Shown piece by piece: positions 19,717 through 29,187 of a stretch of 64,000 nucleotides of DNA. The DNA comes from Bdellovibrio sp. GTDB lineage: Bacteria; Bdellovibrionota; Bdellovibrionia; Bdellovibrionales; Bdellovibrionaceae. Location: the NCBI GenBank assembly GCA_036676395.1, contig JAKFCY010000002.1, positions 192,001 to 256,000 on the forward strand, given 5' to 3'. The notes below the pieces were generated by a model that was not told the DNA's origin, did no database searches, and saw nothing but the letters and a program-made list of their open reading frames with translations. A program made the position numbers and the translations under genes. The first letter of the stretch is position 1, and each line of letters begins with the position of its first letter.

Positions 19717-21783
19717 ATGGCCTTCTTTAACAACTTAATAAAAATCAGTGTTTTTAGTTTTTTAATAATTGCTGGTTTTCAGGCCGAAGCTGCTGACAAA
19801 TGTGCGAGCGCTGATAAAGCAAAATATTTAAAGGCGGGAAGTTTTGAATCTGCTCCTGGCCAAAGAATTATTCGCTTCAAACAATTACGAGATGATTTAA
19901 AGGGTGCATTAGAAAAAGGTGAAGCCGATCGTTCACAATGTTTGTATGATCTTTATGATAAATCCGCGCAAGACGAAGCCGGATTTTGGCAAGCTAAAGC
20001 AGCTGCAGAAGGTTGCGATTTAGAAAATCCTAAAGAATGTCCGGATCCAGAGACGCCGCGCAGTTTAAAATTTTTAGAGAACATCCATAAAGAACTTGAA
20101 GCTGATTTAAAAGAAGACATCGCAAAAATTCCAGCAACAGAAGCAGCAGCTGCGGCTGAATGTAATGATTGCGAAGTGAATACAGATTTAGAAGATCAAG
20201 CCGCACTTGCAGATTACTTAAAGCATGATCAATGCTGCGGATCTAAGGATGCTAAAACGGATGGAGAAATGGGCATCGTGCGTGAGCGATACGCTGGTAT
20301 TTCTTACAATCAATGTTTAGCTAAAACAGATAAGAATGCTAAAGCGAGCGGACTACAAACGGCAGGCTCTTGTATCGCTGGTTTAGTGATGAGCGTATTT
20401 AAAGGTATGTTTGATGGCGTAGTTGGCTTTTTCAAATTACCCGGTGAACTTATCGCAGCCCGTGCTCAAATTTGGGCGATCATTACAGATTCAGATGAGC
20501 GTGCGAAATTTTTTGAACACATTAAAAATTCGCTCTTAGAGTTTATCGGTGTGCAAAGTGGTGATTTAACAAACTGTTTAAATGCTGAAGCGAAAACGAA
20601 AATGTACTGTGAAAATGCCGGCGAGGTTATCGGCTTCTTAGCATCACCTGCACTTATCGGAAATATTTTTAAAATCGCTAAACTTGGCGTTAAGGCTGCA
20701 GCTGCAGCAATGAAGACGAGCTTAGCTTCGACTGCAAAAGGTGCGAAAATGCTAGCGAAGATGAGCAAGGCCGTAAAAGCAGCTGAAACCGTCGGCGGTA
20801 AAACTAAAGCCATCGCAAGCAAAGTCGGAAAAAGTGCTAAACTAGTCGGTATGACAGTGCAGACTTCAAAAATTGCAAAATTTATCGTGAAAGCCGGCTC
20901 GCCGTTCACTCGAGGGGCTGCTAGCGTTTACAATACTCTGGCTCCGGTTGTCAGAGTGGGTGGTAAAATTATTGCATTACCAAGTAACGTTACTAATAAA
21001 GCGATTATTGCCGGCTTCAATGCTGGTCAAAAAGTTGTTGCCAATATCGCAGCTAAAAAAGCGGCACAAGTCATTACAGCAAGCGCAGTAGCAGCACCTG
21101 CTGTTGCGAGTTCAGTGGATGATGTAGCTGCTGCGGCGGCAAAAGCTACGACGACAGCTCCACAACTGGCAGGAATGCAGCCTTCGGGAGTACAAGTTTT
21201 ACCACGAGTTCAATCAACGACAGCAAATCCAACAGGTAATCCATATGCAGGAACTCCGGCGCGTAATTTAAGAGTGAACTTATCAGGTACGAATTCACAA
21301 ATTGCACGTATTGAAACACAGTTAGCAGCTAATCCAACAGATGCAGTACTTCTGCAAAAACAAAGTGATCTATTAGCAAAAAAATCAATGCTTGATGAAG
21401 CTCTGGCTCCTAAGCCAGCAGCTCCGACTCCGGTTGATAAAGTTAAAGATGGTTCTGTTAAATTATTTCAAGGCACTCCGAAAGAAGTAGCTACGGCGCC
21501 ACAAGTAAAAGCTGCTGAAAGAAATATTCAAACGCGTTCAAAAAGAGGCGGACAGACTGAAGTTAAAACTTACGTCGCTGGTGAAAGAAAACGCTTGAAT
21601 GGTTTACTTTCTAAGTACGACCAAGAATTAAATGCTGTTAAAGGTGAAGCTGCGGCAGCTCGCCCTGCGAAAGAAAAAGTGATTCAAGATAAAATGAGAG
21701 ATGCTCGTCAGCGCTTAGATGCTTTAGAGAAAGCTGAAAGAAATCTTCAATACCGCCAGTGGGAAAATCAAGAAGCTGGATAG
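19717..21783 (+). CDS. Large secreted protein, Cys-rich N-terminus and Ala/Lys-rich amphipathic middle
   Basis: 688-aa ORF, signal peptide, no recognised domain. Confidence 0.75.
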   Translation: MAFFNNLIKISVFSFLIIAGFQAEAADKCASADKAKYLKAGSFESAPGQRIIRFKQLRDDLKGALEKGEADRSQCLYDLYDKSAQDEAGFWQAKAAAEGCDLENPKECPDPETPRSLKFLENIHKELEADLKEDIAKIPATEAAAAAECNDCEVNTDLEDQAALADYLKHDQCCGSKDAKTDGEMGIVRERYAGISYNQCLAKTDKNAKASGLQTAGSCIAGLVMSVFKGMFDGVVGFFKLPGELIAARAQIWAIITDSDERAKFFEHIKNSLLEFIGVQSGDLTNCLNAEAKTKMYCENAGEVIGFLASPALIGNIFKIAKLGVKAAAAAMKTSLASTAKGAKMLAKMSKAVKAAETVGGKTKAIASKVGKSAKLVGMTVQTSKIAKFIVKAGSPFTRGAASVYNTLAPVVRVGGKIIALPSNVTNKAIIAGFNAGQKVVANIAAKKAAQVITASAVAAPAVASSVDDVAAAAAKATTTAPQLAGMQPSGVQVLPRVQSTTANPTGNPYAGTPARNLRVNLSGTNSQIARIETQLAANPTDAVLLQKQSDLLAKKSMLDEALAPKPAAPTPVDKVKDGSVKLFQGTPKEVATAPQVKAAERNIQTRSKRGGQTEVKTYVAGERKRLNGLLSKYDQELNAVKGEAAAARPAKEKVIQDKMRDARQRLDALEKAERNLQYRQWENQEAG

Positions 21784-21812
21784 ATTTTTAAGTGTTCTGC
21801 TATAGGGGCAAA

Positions 21813-22549
21813 ATGAAACAATTAACTTTATTGATTATTATCATTTTGACCTCTTTTTTTACGAACACTTATGTATCCGCTAAAGAAAATAAAAAAGAAA
21901 AATTAAAATACAGATATGAAGGCAATGATAAAATACTAAAATATAACGGATTTATCTTTCGTGCTGATAAATCTGTTTCTGACTTAGTTATTTTACGGTC
22001 GCACGCAATCATCGATGCAATGCTCGCAAATGATGAATATATGCAAGACAGCTAACTGAAATGGATTTTCAGATTAATTTTACACCATCAGGTGGAAAAA
22101 TAACGGATGTCGATAACTATGCTGAATTCAAAGGTAAAAAAGTAAAGTTTAAGACTTTACCATCGGGCAGCGGGAATTTTGAAGATCAGGTTGCTGGCCT
22201 AGCTGAATTTCATCAACTGATCGTTCCTGAAGATGATCTAGGCGGGATAGGTAAAGGGCGGATCATGGTGCATGAGTTTGCGCATGCTATTCATTTTTAC
22301 ATGCCCCAAGATGAACAACGACAAATTAGTAAAGCTTTTGAAAACGCCCGACGTAAGAGGTTGTATGCACCGAATTTGTATATCAATGAGAATTCATTCG
22401 AGTATTGGGCCGAATCTACGACAGCTTGGTTTAATGTACAATGGAAGTCTCGTTCAGATGGGATTAATACGCGCAAAGCTCTAGAGGACCACGATCCAGA
22501 GATTTCAAAAATATTAAAAAAAATCTATGGTGATTCAAAGTTTCCGTAA
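21813..22549 (+). pseudogene. Frameshifted secreted zinc metallopeptidase (HEXXH, ATLF/anthrax-LF-like)
   Basis: Signal-peptide ORF stops at 22055; the frame carrying HEFAH, EYWAE and 'L..HDP' is open from 22037; one extra base near 22050 would join them. Confidence 0.6.
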
Positions 22550-22556
22550 GGGCGCC

Positions 22557-22861
22557 AAAAATGCAAAAAGCTGCAGGTGGATAACCTAACAGCTTTTTAG
22601 TGATACCAGACTTCCGAACTTACGGAAGGAGGTCCGATATGCGTAAACCCAATTATTTACGTTATCGTCGCCTTTTAAATGTTTCTAAAGAGATTTTAAG
22701 AATAATTATGATGATTCTAGTGATTGTCATAACGATTAAAAGTATTTAGCAATCTAGATTCTGTACGTTAATTGCTAGATTTTGATTTGTGATCAAGACC
22801 AAGGTCGGACTTAAAATCCCGGGAATTTGGTGAACATGGAATCGTTGTTAGGTCTATCCAC
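22557..22861 (+). other. Structured element 2: candidate type I toxin-antitoxin-like locus
   Basis: 5' hairpin 22565-22598; GACTTCC 22609-22615 pairs with GGAGGTC 22628-22634; micro-ORF 22639-22749; 5'-3' pairing 22577-22593/22844-22861. Confidence 0.65.
22639..22749 (+). CDS. 36-aa basic/hydrophobic peptide (putative type I toxin)
   Basis: AAGGAGG 22626-22632, ATG 6 nt later; MRKPNYLRYRRLLNVSKEILRIIMMILVIVITIKSI*. Confidence 0.65.
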   Translation: MRKPNYLRYRRLLNVSKEILRIIMMILVIVITIKSI

Positions 22862-22873
22862 ACTCTTAAAAAT

Positions 22874-22904
22874 AAAAAACCCACATTTTTTAGATGTGGG
22901 TTTT
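22874..22904. terminator. Bidirectional intrinsic terminator downstream of icd
   Basis: AAAACCCACAT...ATGTGGGTTTT stem with A/T tracts on both sides. Confidence 0.8.
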
Positions 22905-22942
22905 GAAGTTGGAACGCTGCTCCCGAAAAAGGGACGGCCTAC

Positions 22943-24172
22943 CTATAGAGTCATAGCTTTTTTAAGATTAGAATCGATTTTATCTAAGAATGGCTCTGTG
23001 TTCATGTACTTATCAGTAGGAACTTTATCGCCGTAGATGCAAACCGCTAAATCTTTTGTCATGAAACCAGCTTCAACTGTTTCAACACATACTTTTTCTA
23101 AAGTTTGTGCGAATTTTGCTAAAGGTGGATTGTTATCAAGTTTAGCTCTGTGCTCAAGACCACGAGTCCAAGCAAAAATTGATGCGATTGGATTTGTAGA
23201 AGTTGGTTTGCCTTGTTGGTGCATACGGTAATGACGAGTCACTGTGCCGTGAGCGGCTTCTGATTCCATTGTTTTACCATCTGGAGTAATTAATACAGAA
23301 GTCATTAAACCTAGTGAACCAAAACCTTGTGCAACAGTATCAGATTGAACGTCGCCATCGTAGTTCTTACAAGCCCATACGAAGTTACCATTCCATTTAA
23401 GAGCTGAAGCAACCATATCATCGATTAAACGATGTTCATACGTGATACCAGCAGCATCAAATTGAGTTTTGAATTCAGTTTGGTAAATGTTTTCAAAGAT
23501 ATCTTTGAAACGACCATCGTATTTTTTAAGGATCGTGTTTTTTGTCGATAAGTATAAAGGCCATTTTTTAGTTAATGCTTGGTTAAAGCAAGAACGTGCA
23601 AAACCTGTGATTGACTCATCAGTGTTGTACATAGCCATTGCAATACCATCACCTTTGAAGTTGTAAACTTCGTGAGTAATTGTGTCGCCGCCACCTTCAG
23701 GCTGAAAAGTAATTGTTAATTTACCTTTACCTTTTGTTACGAAATCAGTTGCGCGGTATTGATCACCGAACGCATGACGACCGATACAAATTGGCGCTGT
23801 CCAGTTAGGAACTAAACGAGGCACATTAGCGCAAAGGATTGGTTCGCGAAACACTGTACCATCAAGGATGTTACGGATTGTTCCGTTAGGTGATTTCCAC
23901 ATTTGTTTTAATTTAAATTCAGTTACGCGTTGTTCATCAGGCGTGATTGTCGCGCACTTGATACCAACGTTGTACTTTTTGATCGCTTCAGCAGCGTCAA
24001 CAGTGACTTGATCGTTAGTTTGGTCACGGTATTCCATGCCTAAGTCATAATATTTAATGTCGATATCTAAGTAAGGTAGGATTAATTTATCTTTGATAAA
24101 TTTCCAGATGATTCTTGTCATTTCATCGCCATCTAGCTCAACCACTGGGTTAGCCACTTTGATCTTTTGCAT
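22943..24172 (-). CDS. icd: NADP-dependent isocitrate dehydrogenase
   Basis: '[12 protein letters not shown]', 'KCATITPDE', 'NYDGDVQSD', '[10 protein letters not shown]'. Confidence 0.97.
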   Translation of the reverse strand: MQKIKVANPVVELDGDEMTRIIWKFIKDKLILPYLDIDIKYYDLGMEYRDQTNDQVTVDAAEAIKKYNVGIKCATITPDEQRVTEFKLKQMWKSPNGTIRNILDGTVFREPILCANVPRLVPNWTAPICIGRHAFGDQYRATDFVTKGKGKLTITFQPEGGGDTITHEVYNFKGDGIAMAMYNTDESITGFARSCFNQALTKKWPLYLSTKNTILKKYDGRFKDIFENIYQTEFKTQFDAAGITYEHRLIDDMVASALKWNGNFVWACKNYDGDVQSDTVAQGFGSLGLMTSVLITPDGKTMESEAAHGTVTRHYRMHQQGKPTSTNPIASIFAWTRGLEHRAKLDNNPPLAKFAQTLEKVCVETVEAGFMTKDLAVCIYGDKVPTDKYMNTEPFLDKIDSNLKKAMTL

Positions 24173-24256
24173 GTGAACTCCTATTTAATTTTTAATGCGG
24201 GTTTTAATATAGGATTTCTTTCGCGTTTAGGCACGTCCTAATGCTATGTTCATAGA

Positions 24257-25294
24257 GTGAAAAAAGACACTTCTTTACTTAAAGTTTCAGGACTTCCTAA
24301 ATTAGCGCAGGTCTCGCACCCAGAGCGCCAATCGGTTGTGGTTTTTGACCGTATTTTGCTAAAAAACCCGGCTTTTAAAAAATGGATTGCCCAATTTAAG
24401 CTCGCTCTGCCAGTTCAGGCCGGCGAGTCGCTAAAAACCGTGCAACAGTATGCTAAGGTTTTGAATCAGCTGCAGAAGTGGCAAAAACAAAATTTAATGA
24501 CCCAAAAGCTACAGTTCGTAGCCATCGGCGGGGGATCAGTCGGGGATTTTACGGGATTCTTAGCTTCGACTTATCAGCGTGGGTGCCCGTTAGTGCAAAT
24601 CCCATCAACTTGGTTGTCAGCCGTTGACTCAGCCCATGGGGGTAAAAACGGATTAAATCTTAACGACACGAAAAACCAGATCGGCACTATATACCCAGCC
24701 GATAAAATTATTCTTTCGAAAGCCATCTTGTTAAATCAGCCAGCTGACCGCTTGGTCGAAGCTTTTGGTGAGATTATTAAAATCTGTCTGATTAATCGCC
24801 CGATGTTAATAGCAAAAATTCAGTTCACAGAAAATTATGTCTGGCAAAATTTAGAAAAATTTATCGAAGCTAAAATGCAAGTCGTGGCTAAAGACCCTTT
24901 TGAAAAAAGTGGGTATCGCCATATTTTAAATCTTGGTCATACAATGGGCCATGTGTATGAATCAGCTTTAGGAATCTCGCATGGTAAAGCCATTTTAATG
25001 GGATTAGTTTTTTCAGTGCGCTGGAGCTTTCACTTAGGCTATATGGATAAGAACTGTTTTTTGCATGTTTCACAACTCATTACTTCTTTAGATGAAAAAC
25101 TGGATTTTTCAAAAGCTGGTAAACTTTCAAATAAAGTAGTTACTGAAATCTTAATGCAGGATAAAAAATCAGTATCAGCTAAAGAAAAGTCATTACGTTT
25201 TGTTTTTGTTAAACGACCCGGAACAGTTTTAATTGAAAATAAAAAAGTTTTAGAGATTGTGGCTGAATTTGAACGTCAAAGGTTTTACGCATGA
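24257..25294 (+). CDS. aroB: 3-dehydroquinate synthase
   Basis: 'GGGSVGDFTGF.AS.Y.RG', 'GGKNG', 'LNLGHTMGH', 'SHG.A'. Confidence 0.88.
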   Translation: MKKDTSLLKVSGLPKLAQVSHPERQSVVVFDRILLKNPAFKKWIAQFKLALPVQAGESLKTVQQYAKVLNQLQKWQKQNLMTQKLQFVAIGGGSVGDFTGFLASTYQRGCPLVQIPSTWLSAVDSAHGGKNGLNLNDTKNQIGTIYPADKIILSKAILLNQPADRLVEAFGEIIKICLINRPMLIAKIQFTENYVWQNLEKFIEAKMQVVAKDPFEKSGYRHILNLGHTMGHVYESALGISHGKAILMGLVFSVRWSFHLGYMDKNCFLHVSQLITSLDEKLDFSKAGKLSNKVVTEILMQDKKSVSAKEKSLRFVFVKRPGTVLIENKKVLEIVAEFERQRFYA

Positions 25295-26469
25295 GTTTTT
25301 CATTTACCGGATGTCTGGACATTTCAAAATCCTGGATGAATCGTGCTCTTATTCTTAGATCATACCAGCCAGAATTAGAAATTATCGGAAGCTCTAAAGC
25401 CGATGACGTTCTACTTTTAGAAAAATGTTTAGCAGATTTAAAAGCCGGAAAAAAAGAATTCTATGTTGGCCTTGGTGGCACGACTTTTCGTTTTTTCGCT
25501 TTACGCGTATCGCGCGAAATCGGCTATTTCATTATTCGTGGTGAAAAGAAATTATTTTCGCGTCCGCAAGATGAATTAATCACCATTTTAAAACAAGTGG
25601 GCGTTACAGCGTCGTTCAATGCCGAAAAAACTGAATTTCATATCGAAAGTAAAGGCTGGCGTTCAGATGAAGACCTTTTGACTTTGTCTGTTGATTCAAG
25701 CGAATCAAGTCAGTTTCTAACTTCGGTGCTGTTAAATTCAGTGCATTTGCCGTTTGATTTGCAAATTGAAACATCAAAAGTAACTTCAGAAAGTTATTTT
25801 AATTACACGCAAAAAATGATGGCAAGTTACGGCTTTGCGATCGATGATTTATTTATTTCTAGAACGCAAAAACTTCGACCGCAAACGATTCAAGGCGAAG
25901 TTGATGTCAGTTCATTTGCAAGCCTTGCAGCGGCCGCAGTCTTAGGCGGAAAAGTTCATTTAACGAACTGGAATAAGTTTTCAGTGCAACCTGATATGGA
26001 ATTTGTCGCTTTTTTTAAACGTATGGCGATCAAATTTATCACTGAAGAAAATAATTTTTATATTTCTGAACAAAGACAATGGTCATCGTTAAAAGCAAAT
26101 TTTGAACGCTGCCCAGATTTATTTCCGGTGATGGCCGTGTTATGCGCTTTCGCTGAAGGCAGCAGTCATTTATTTGGCGCGCATCAGTTAGTGCATAAAG
26201 AATCAAACCGTTTAGAAAAAACTTTTGAATTATTACAACGCTGTGGTTTTGCCGTCGAGAAATTAGAAGACGGTTTAAAAATTCATGGCAATCCCGTCGC
26301 TAAGTACCGTCATAAAGATTTAATTCAATTTAATCCAGATCATGATCATCGTATGGCTTTTGCCGCAAGACTTCTGCAGTTAAAAGGTTTTCCGGTGCAA
26401 ATCACTGATCCTGACGTTATTAACAAGAGTTATCCGCAGTTTTACCAACATACGGGATTAGAAATATGA
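25291..26469 (+). CDS. aroA: EPSP synthase
   Basis: 'SKS..NR', 'SSQFLTS', 'KESNR', 'DHRMA', 'KSYPQF'. Confidence 0.88.
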   Translation: MSFSFTGCLDISKSWMNRALILRSYQPELEIIGSSKADDVLLLEKCLADLKAGKKEFYVGLGGTTFRFFALRVSREIGYFIIRGEKKLFSRPQDELITILKQVGVTASFNAEKTEFHIESKGWRSDEDLLTLSVDSSESSQFLTSVLLNSVHLPFDLQIETSKVTSESYFNYTQKMMASYGFAIDDLFISRTQKLRPQTIQGEVDVSSFASLAAAAVLGGKVHLTNWNKFSVQPDMEFVAFFKRMAIKFITEENNFYISEQRQWSSLKANFERCPDLFPVMAVLCAFAEGSSHLFGAHQLVHKESNRLEKTFELLQRCGFAVEKLEDGLKIHGNPVAKYRHKDLIQFNPDHDHRMAFAARLLQLKGFPVQITDPDVINKSYPQFYQHTGLEI

Positions 26470-28196
26470 AGCGAATTTTTATCGGTCACCGTGGCGTGGG
26501 TAAATCATCGTTATTAGAACGCCATGAAGAGTATTTTCCCGAAACTCCGTGCAAAGATTTAGATGCCGTCATCACTGAAAAAGAAAACCAAGCGGTGAGC
26601 GGTATTTTTAGTTCTCGCGGTGAAGCGGCCTTTCGCGAATTAGAAAAAAAATACTTTCTTGAGTTGATTGCGAGCCAAAATTACTGCATTTCTGTGGGTG
26701 CAGGTTTTAATACAGAACTATTGCCTACAGATGCAGAAATTGTTTATGTCAGCCGTAGAACTGATTCTGACGGCCGCATTTTTTTAAATCGTCCACGTCT
26801 TAATCCAGAAGTCTCAGCTTTAGCAGAATCTATTCAGCGCTATCAGACTCGCGAACCAAATTATAGAAAAGTGGCGTCATGGGTTTATCATTTGCCTGAG
26901 GGTTTGTGTGAAAGTGATGAATTTGAAGAAGCGATTTTTAAAAAAGATTTTAAAATCGAGCACGCTTATTACACATTAGCTAACGAACAAGAAATTAAAC
27001 TTTGGCCTAATTTAGATAAATTTGAATTACGTACTGATGTTTTTAAAATCGAAGATATCAAACGTATGACTGAAAGTTATACGGATAAGCGCTTTATAGT
27101 TTCAGTGCGATCACAAGTTACGGCGTTAGAGCTTCGTGGCTTAAAAGTAGATTGGGCTCTGGAATGTGGACCGATACCCGCCAATGTGAATGCGCAGATT
27201 ATTTCACTTCATGAGGGTGATTTTGTTCAGGCGCTGACTTTGATGCAGCAACAACCTGAAGATAAACATTTAAAATTTTGTCCGGTTATTAACTCTTGGG
27301 ATGAATTAATCATCGGTTATCAATGGCAACAAGATGATCCTAAAAATCGCAGTTTTTTACCACGTTCACCTGAAGGTGTAAAAAGCCGGTGGCGTTGGTT
27401 TAGAAATCTATCTTGGACAAAACAAAAGATTAACTTTGTTCAGGGCATAAAAGATTTTGATGATCAGCCAAGTATTTATGAATATTTATTAAGTCAGAAT
27501 CCGAATAAACATTTTGGCGCCGTTCTTGGTGATCCGATTCATCATTCACGAACACCGACAACCCAGGGCCCGAATATGCAAGATTACGGAATGATTTTAG
27601 CCGTGCCATTAAATGAAGAAGAATTCATTCAAGGAATTTCATTCTTGCAAGAGCTGGGTTTACAATTTGCAGCCGTGACATCTCCACTAAAATTAAAAGC
27701 CGCAGAATTAATCGGCGCAGGCCAAGCTGCAATGGGCATTAACTCACTGTATTTTCAACATTTACACTGGGCAGGTATTTCAAGTGATGCCGATGGTTTT
27801 GAAACCATGGTCGAAGAATCTGATATTCCTGATTTAAAAAAATTAAATATAGCCATCTGGGGTGGCGGCGGCGTGATTAGTGCTTTAAAAGAAGTGCTGC
27901 CACAAGCCGTTGAATATTCAGCGCGCACAGGCGAGCGGCGCGACAAAAAAAATGATCCAGCATTTGTACCAGATGTAGTGATCTGGGCCGCGCCAAGAGC
28001 TGAGGGTGTGCAATTGCCACCGAAAGATTGGCAGCCGAAATATATTTTAGATTTAAATTACGTCGAAAATTCAATGGGGCTTGAATATGCACAACAAGAA
28101 GCAAAAGCTGTGTATTTTTCAGGTTTAGAAATGTTTTATGCCCAGGCGACAAAACAATTTAAGTTTTGGGCTAAATACTTAGCTGAACATTTATAA
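26466..28196 (+). CDS. Fused shikimate kinase / putative type I dehydroquinase / shikimate dehydrogenase
   Basis: N-terminal 'GHRGVGKS..DLD..GEAAFRELE'; middle 'ELRTD', 'IISLH'; C-terminal 'LGDPI.HS.TP', 'VTSPLK', 'DLNY', 'GLEM...QA'. Confidence 0.75.
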   Translation: MKRIFIGHRGVGKSSLLERHEEYFPETPCKDLDAVITEKENQAVSGIFSSRGEAAFRELEKKYFLELIASQNYCISVGAGFNTELLPTDAEIVYVSRRTDSDGRIFLNRPRLNPEVSALAESIQRYQTREPNYRKVASWVYHLPEGLCESDEFEEAIFKKDFKIEHAYYTLANEQEIKLWPNLDKFELRTDVFKIEDIKRMTESYTDKRFIVSVRSQVTALELRGLKVDWALECGPIPANVNAQIISLHEGDFVQALTLMQQQPEDKHLKFCPVINSWDELIIGYQWQQDDPKNRSFLPRSPEGVKSRWRWFRNLSWTKQKINFVQGIKDFDDQPSIYEYLLSQNPNKHFGAVLGDPIHHSRTPTTQGPNMQDYGMILAVPLNEEEFIQGISFLQELGLQFAAVTSPLKLKAAELIGAGQAAMGINSLYFQHLHWAGISSDADGFETMVEESDIPDLKKLNIAIWGGGGVISALKEVLPQAVEYSARTGERRDKKNDPAFVPDVVIWAAPRAEGVQLPPKDWQPKYILDLNYVENSMGLEYAQQEAKAVYFSGLEMFYAQATKQFKFWAKYLAEHL

Positions 28197-28215
28197 ATGG
28201 AAGGGTAAACTTTCA

Positions 28216-29184
28216 ATGTCTGCAAATACTTTTGGTCAACGTTTTCAAATGATGTCTTTTGGCGAAAGCCACGGTTCAGCCTACGGGGTAGTGATTGATG
28301 GTATGCCTGCCGGGATTAAATACGACGAAGCCTTGTTATTAAAAAATTTAAGTCGTCGTAAACCAGGTTCTAGTGCTTTTGTAACAGCTCGTAATGAATC
28401 TGATCAGCCAGAAATTTTAAGCGGATTTTTTGAAGGTAAATCACTAGGAACCCCGATTGCCGTTGTTGTCAGAAACGAAAATCAAAAATCAGCTGATTAC
28501 GATAAAATTCAAAATGAATCCCGCATCGGTCACGCTGACGACACTTGGAAAAATAAATTCGGTCACAGTGATCATCGTGGTGGCGGAAGGTCTTCGGGCC
28601 GCGAAACATTAAACCGTGTGATTGCGGGAAGTTTTGCGCAAATGCTGATGGCTCAAGTATCTGCAAATATTCAAGTGATGGCTTACGCTAAAAAAATCGG
28701 AAACATCGATATCAAAGAAGCCTCACACGAATTACCCAAAGAGATTCAAACGATGTTAGAAAAAGCAAAAAACGAAGGTGAAAGTTACGGTGGTGTTGTT
28801 GAGTGCTGTATCTCTCAACCACCTGCTAACTTAGGCCAACCTGTGTTTCATAAGTTTAAAGCTGATCTTGCTTCTGCGATGATGTCATTAGGTGCAACGA
28901 CGGGTTTTGAATTAGGCGCAGGCTTTGACGGTACAGAACTTAAAGGCACTGAGTTTCATGAAAAAATGCTTTCGCAAAATTACGGTGGCATTCGCGGTGG
29001 TATCACGACAGGTGAAGACATCGTGTTCAGAGTAGGATTTAAACCCACGTCTTCAATAAAAGACGTGGCTAAAAAAGGTCGTCATGATCCGTGTATTATT
29101 CCGCGAGCGATTCCGGTAATTGAAGCCATCTGCTGGCATTTATTAGCTGATCACTGGTTGTGGAATCGTACAGATAGGGTCTAA
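28216..29184 (+). CDS. aroC: Chorismate synthase
   Basis: 'FGESHG', 'GGGRSSGRET', 'GGIRGGIT.G', 'GRHDPCI'. Confidence 0.95.
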   Translation: MSANTFGQRFQMMSFGESHGSAYGVVIDGMPAGIKYDEALLLKNLSRRKPGSSAFVTARNESDQPEILSGFFEGKSLGTPIAVVVRNENQKSADYDKIQNESRIGHADDTWKNKFGHSDHRGGGRSSGRETLNRVIAGSFAQMLMAQVSANIQVMAYAKKIGNIDIKEASHELPKEIQTMLEKAKNEGESYGGVVECCISQPPANLGQPVFHKFKADLASAMMSLGATTGFELGAGFDGTELKGTEFHEKMLSQNYGGIRGGITTGEDIVFRVGFKPTSSIKDVAKKGRHDPCIIPRAIPVIEAICWHLLADHWLWNRTDRV

Positions 29185-29187
29185 CTG

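Noticed and set aside
22827..23036. 69-aa plus-strand ORF crossing the icd terminator
   Set aside because: It runs through a terminator and antisense into icd with no clear SD; the many other short antisense ORFs in the track were likewise treated as shadows
22943..23040. icd 3' end as a phage/island attachment site
   Set aside because: No duplicated icd 3' fragment or integrase seen in the window
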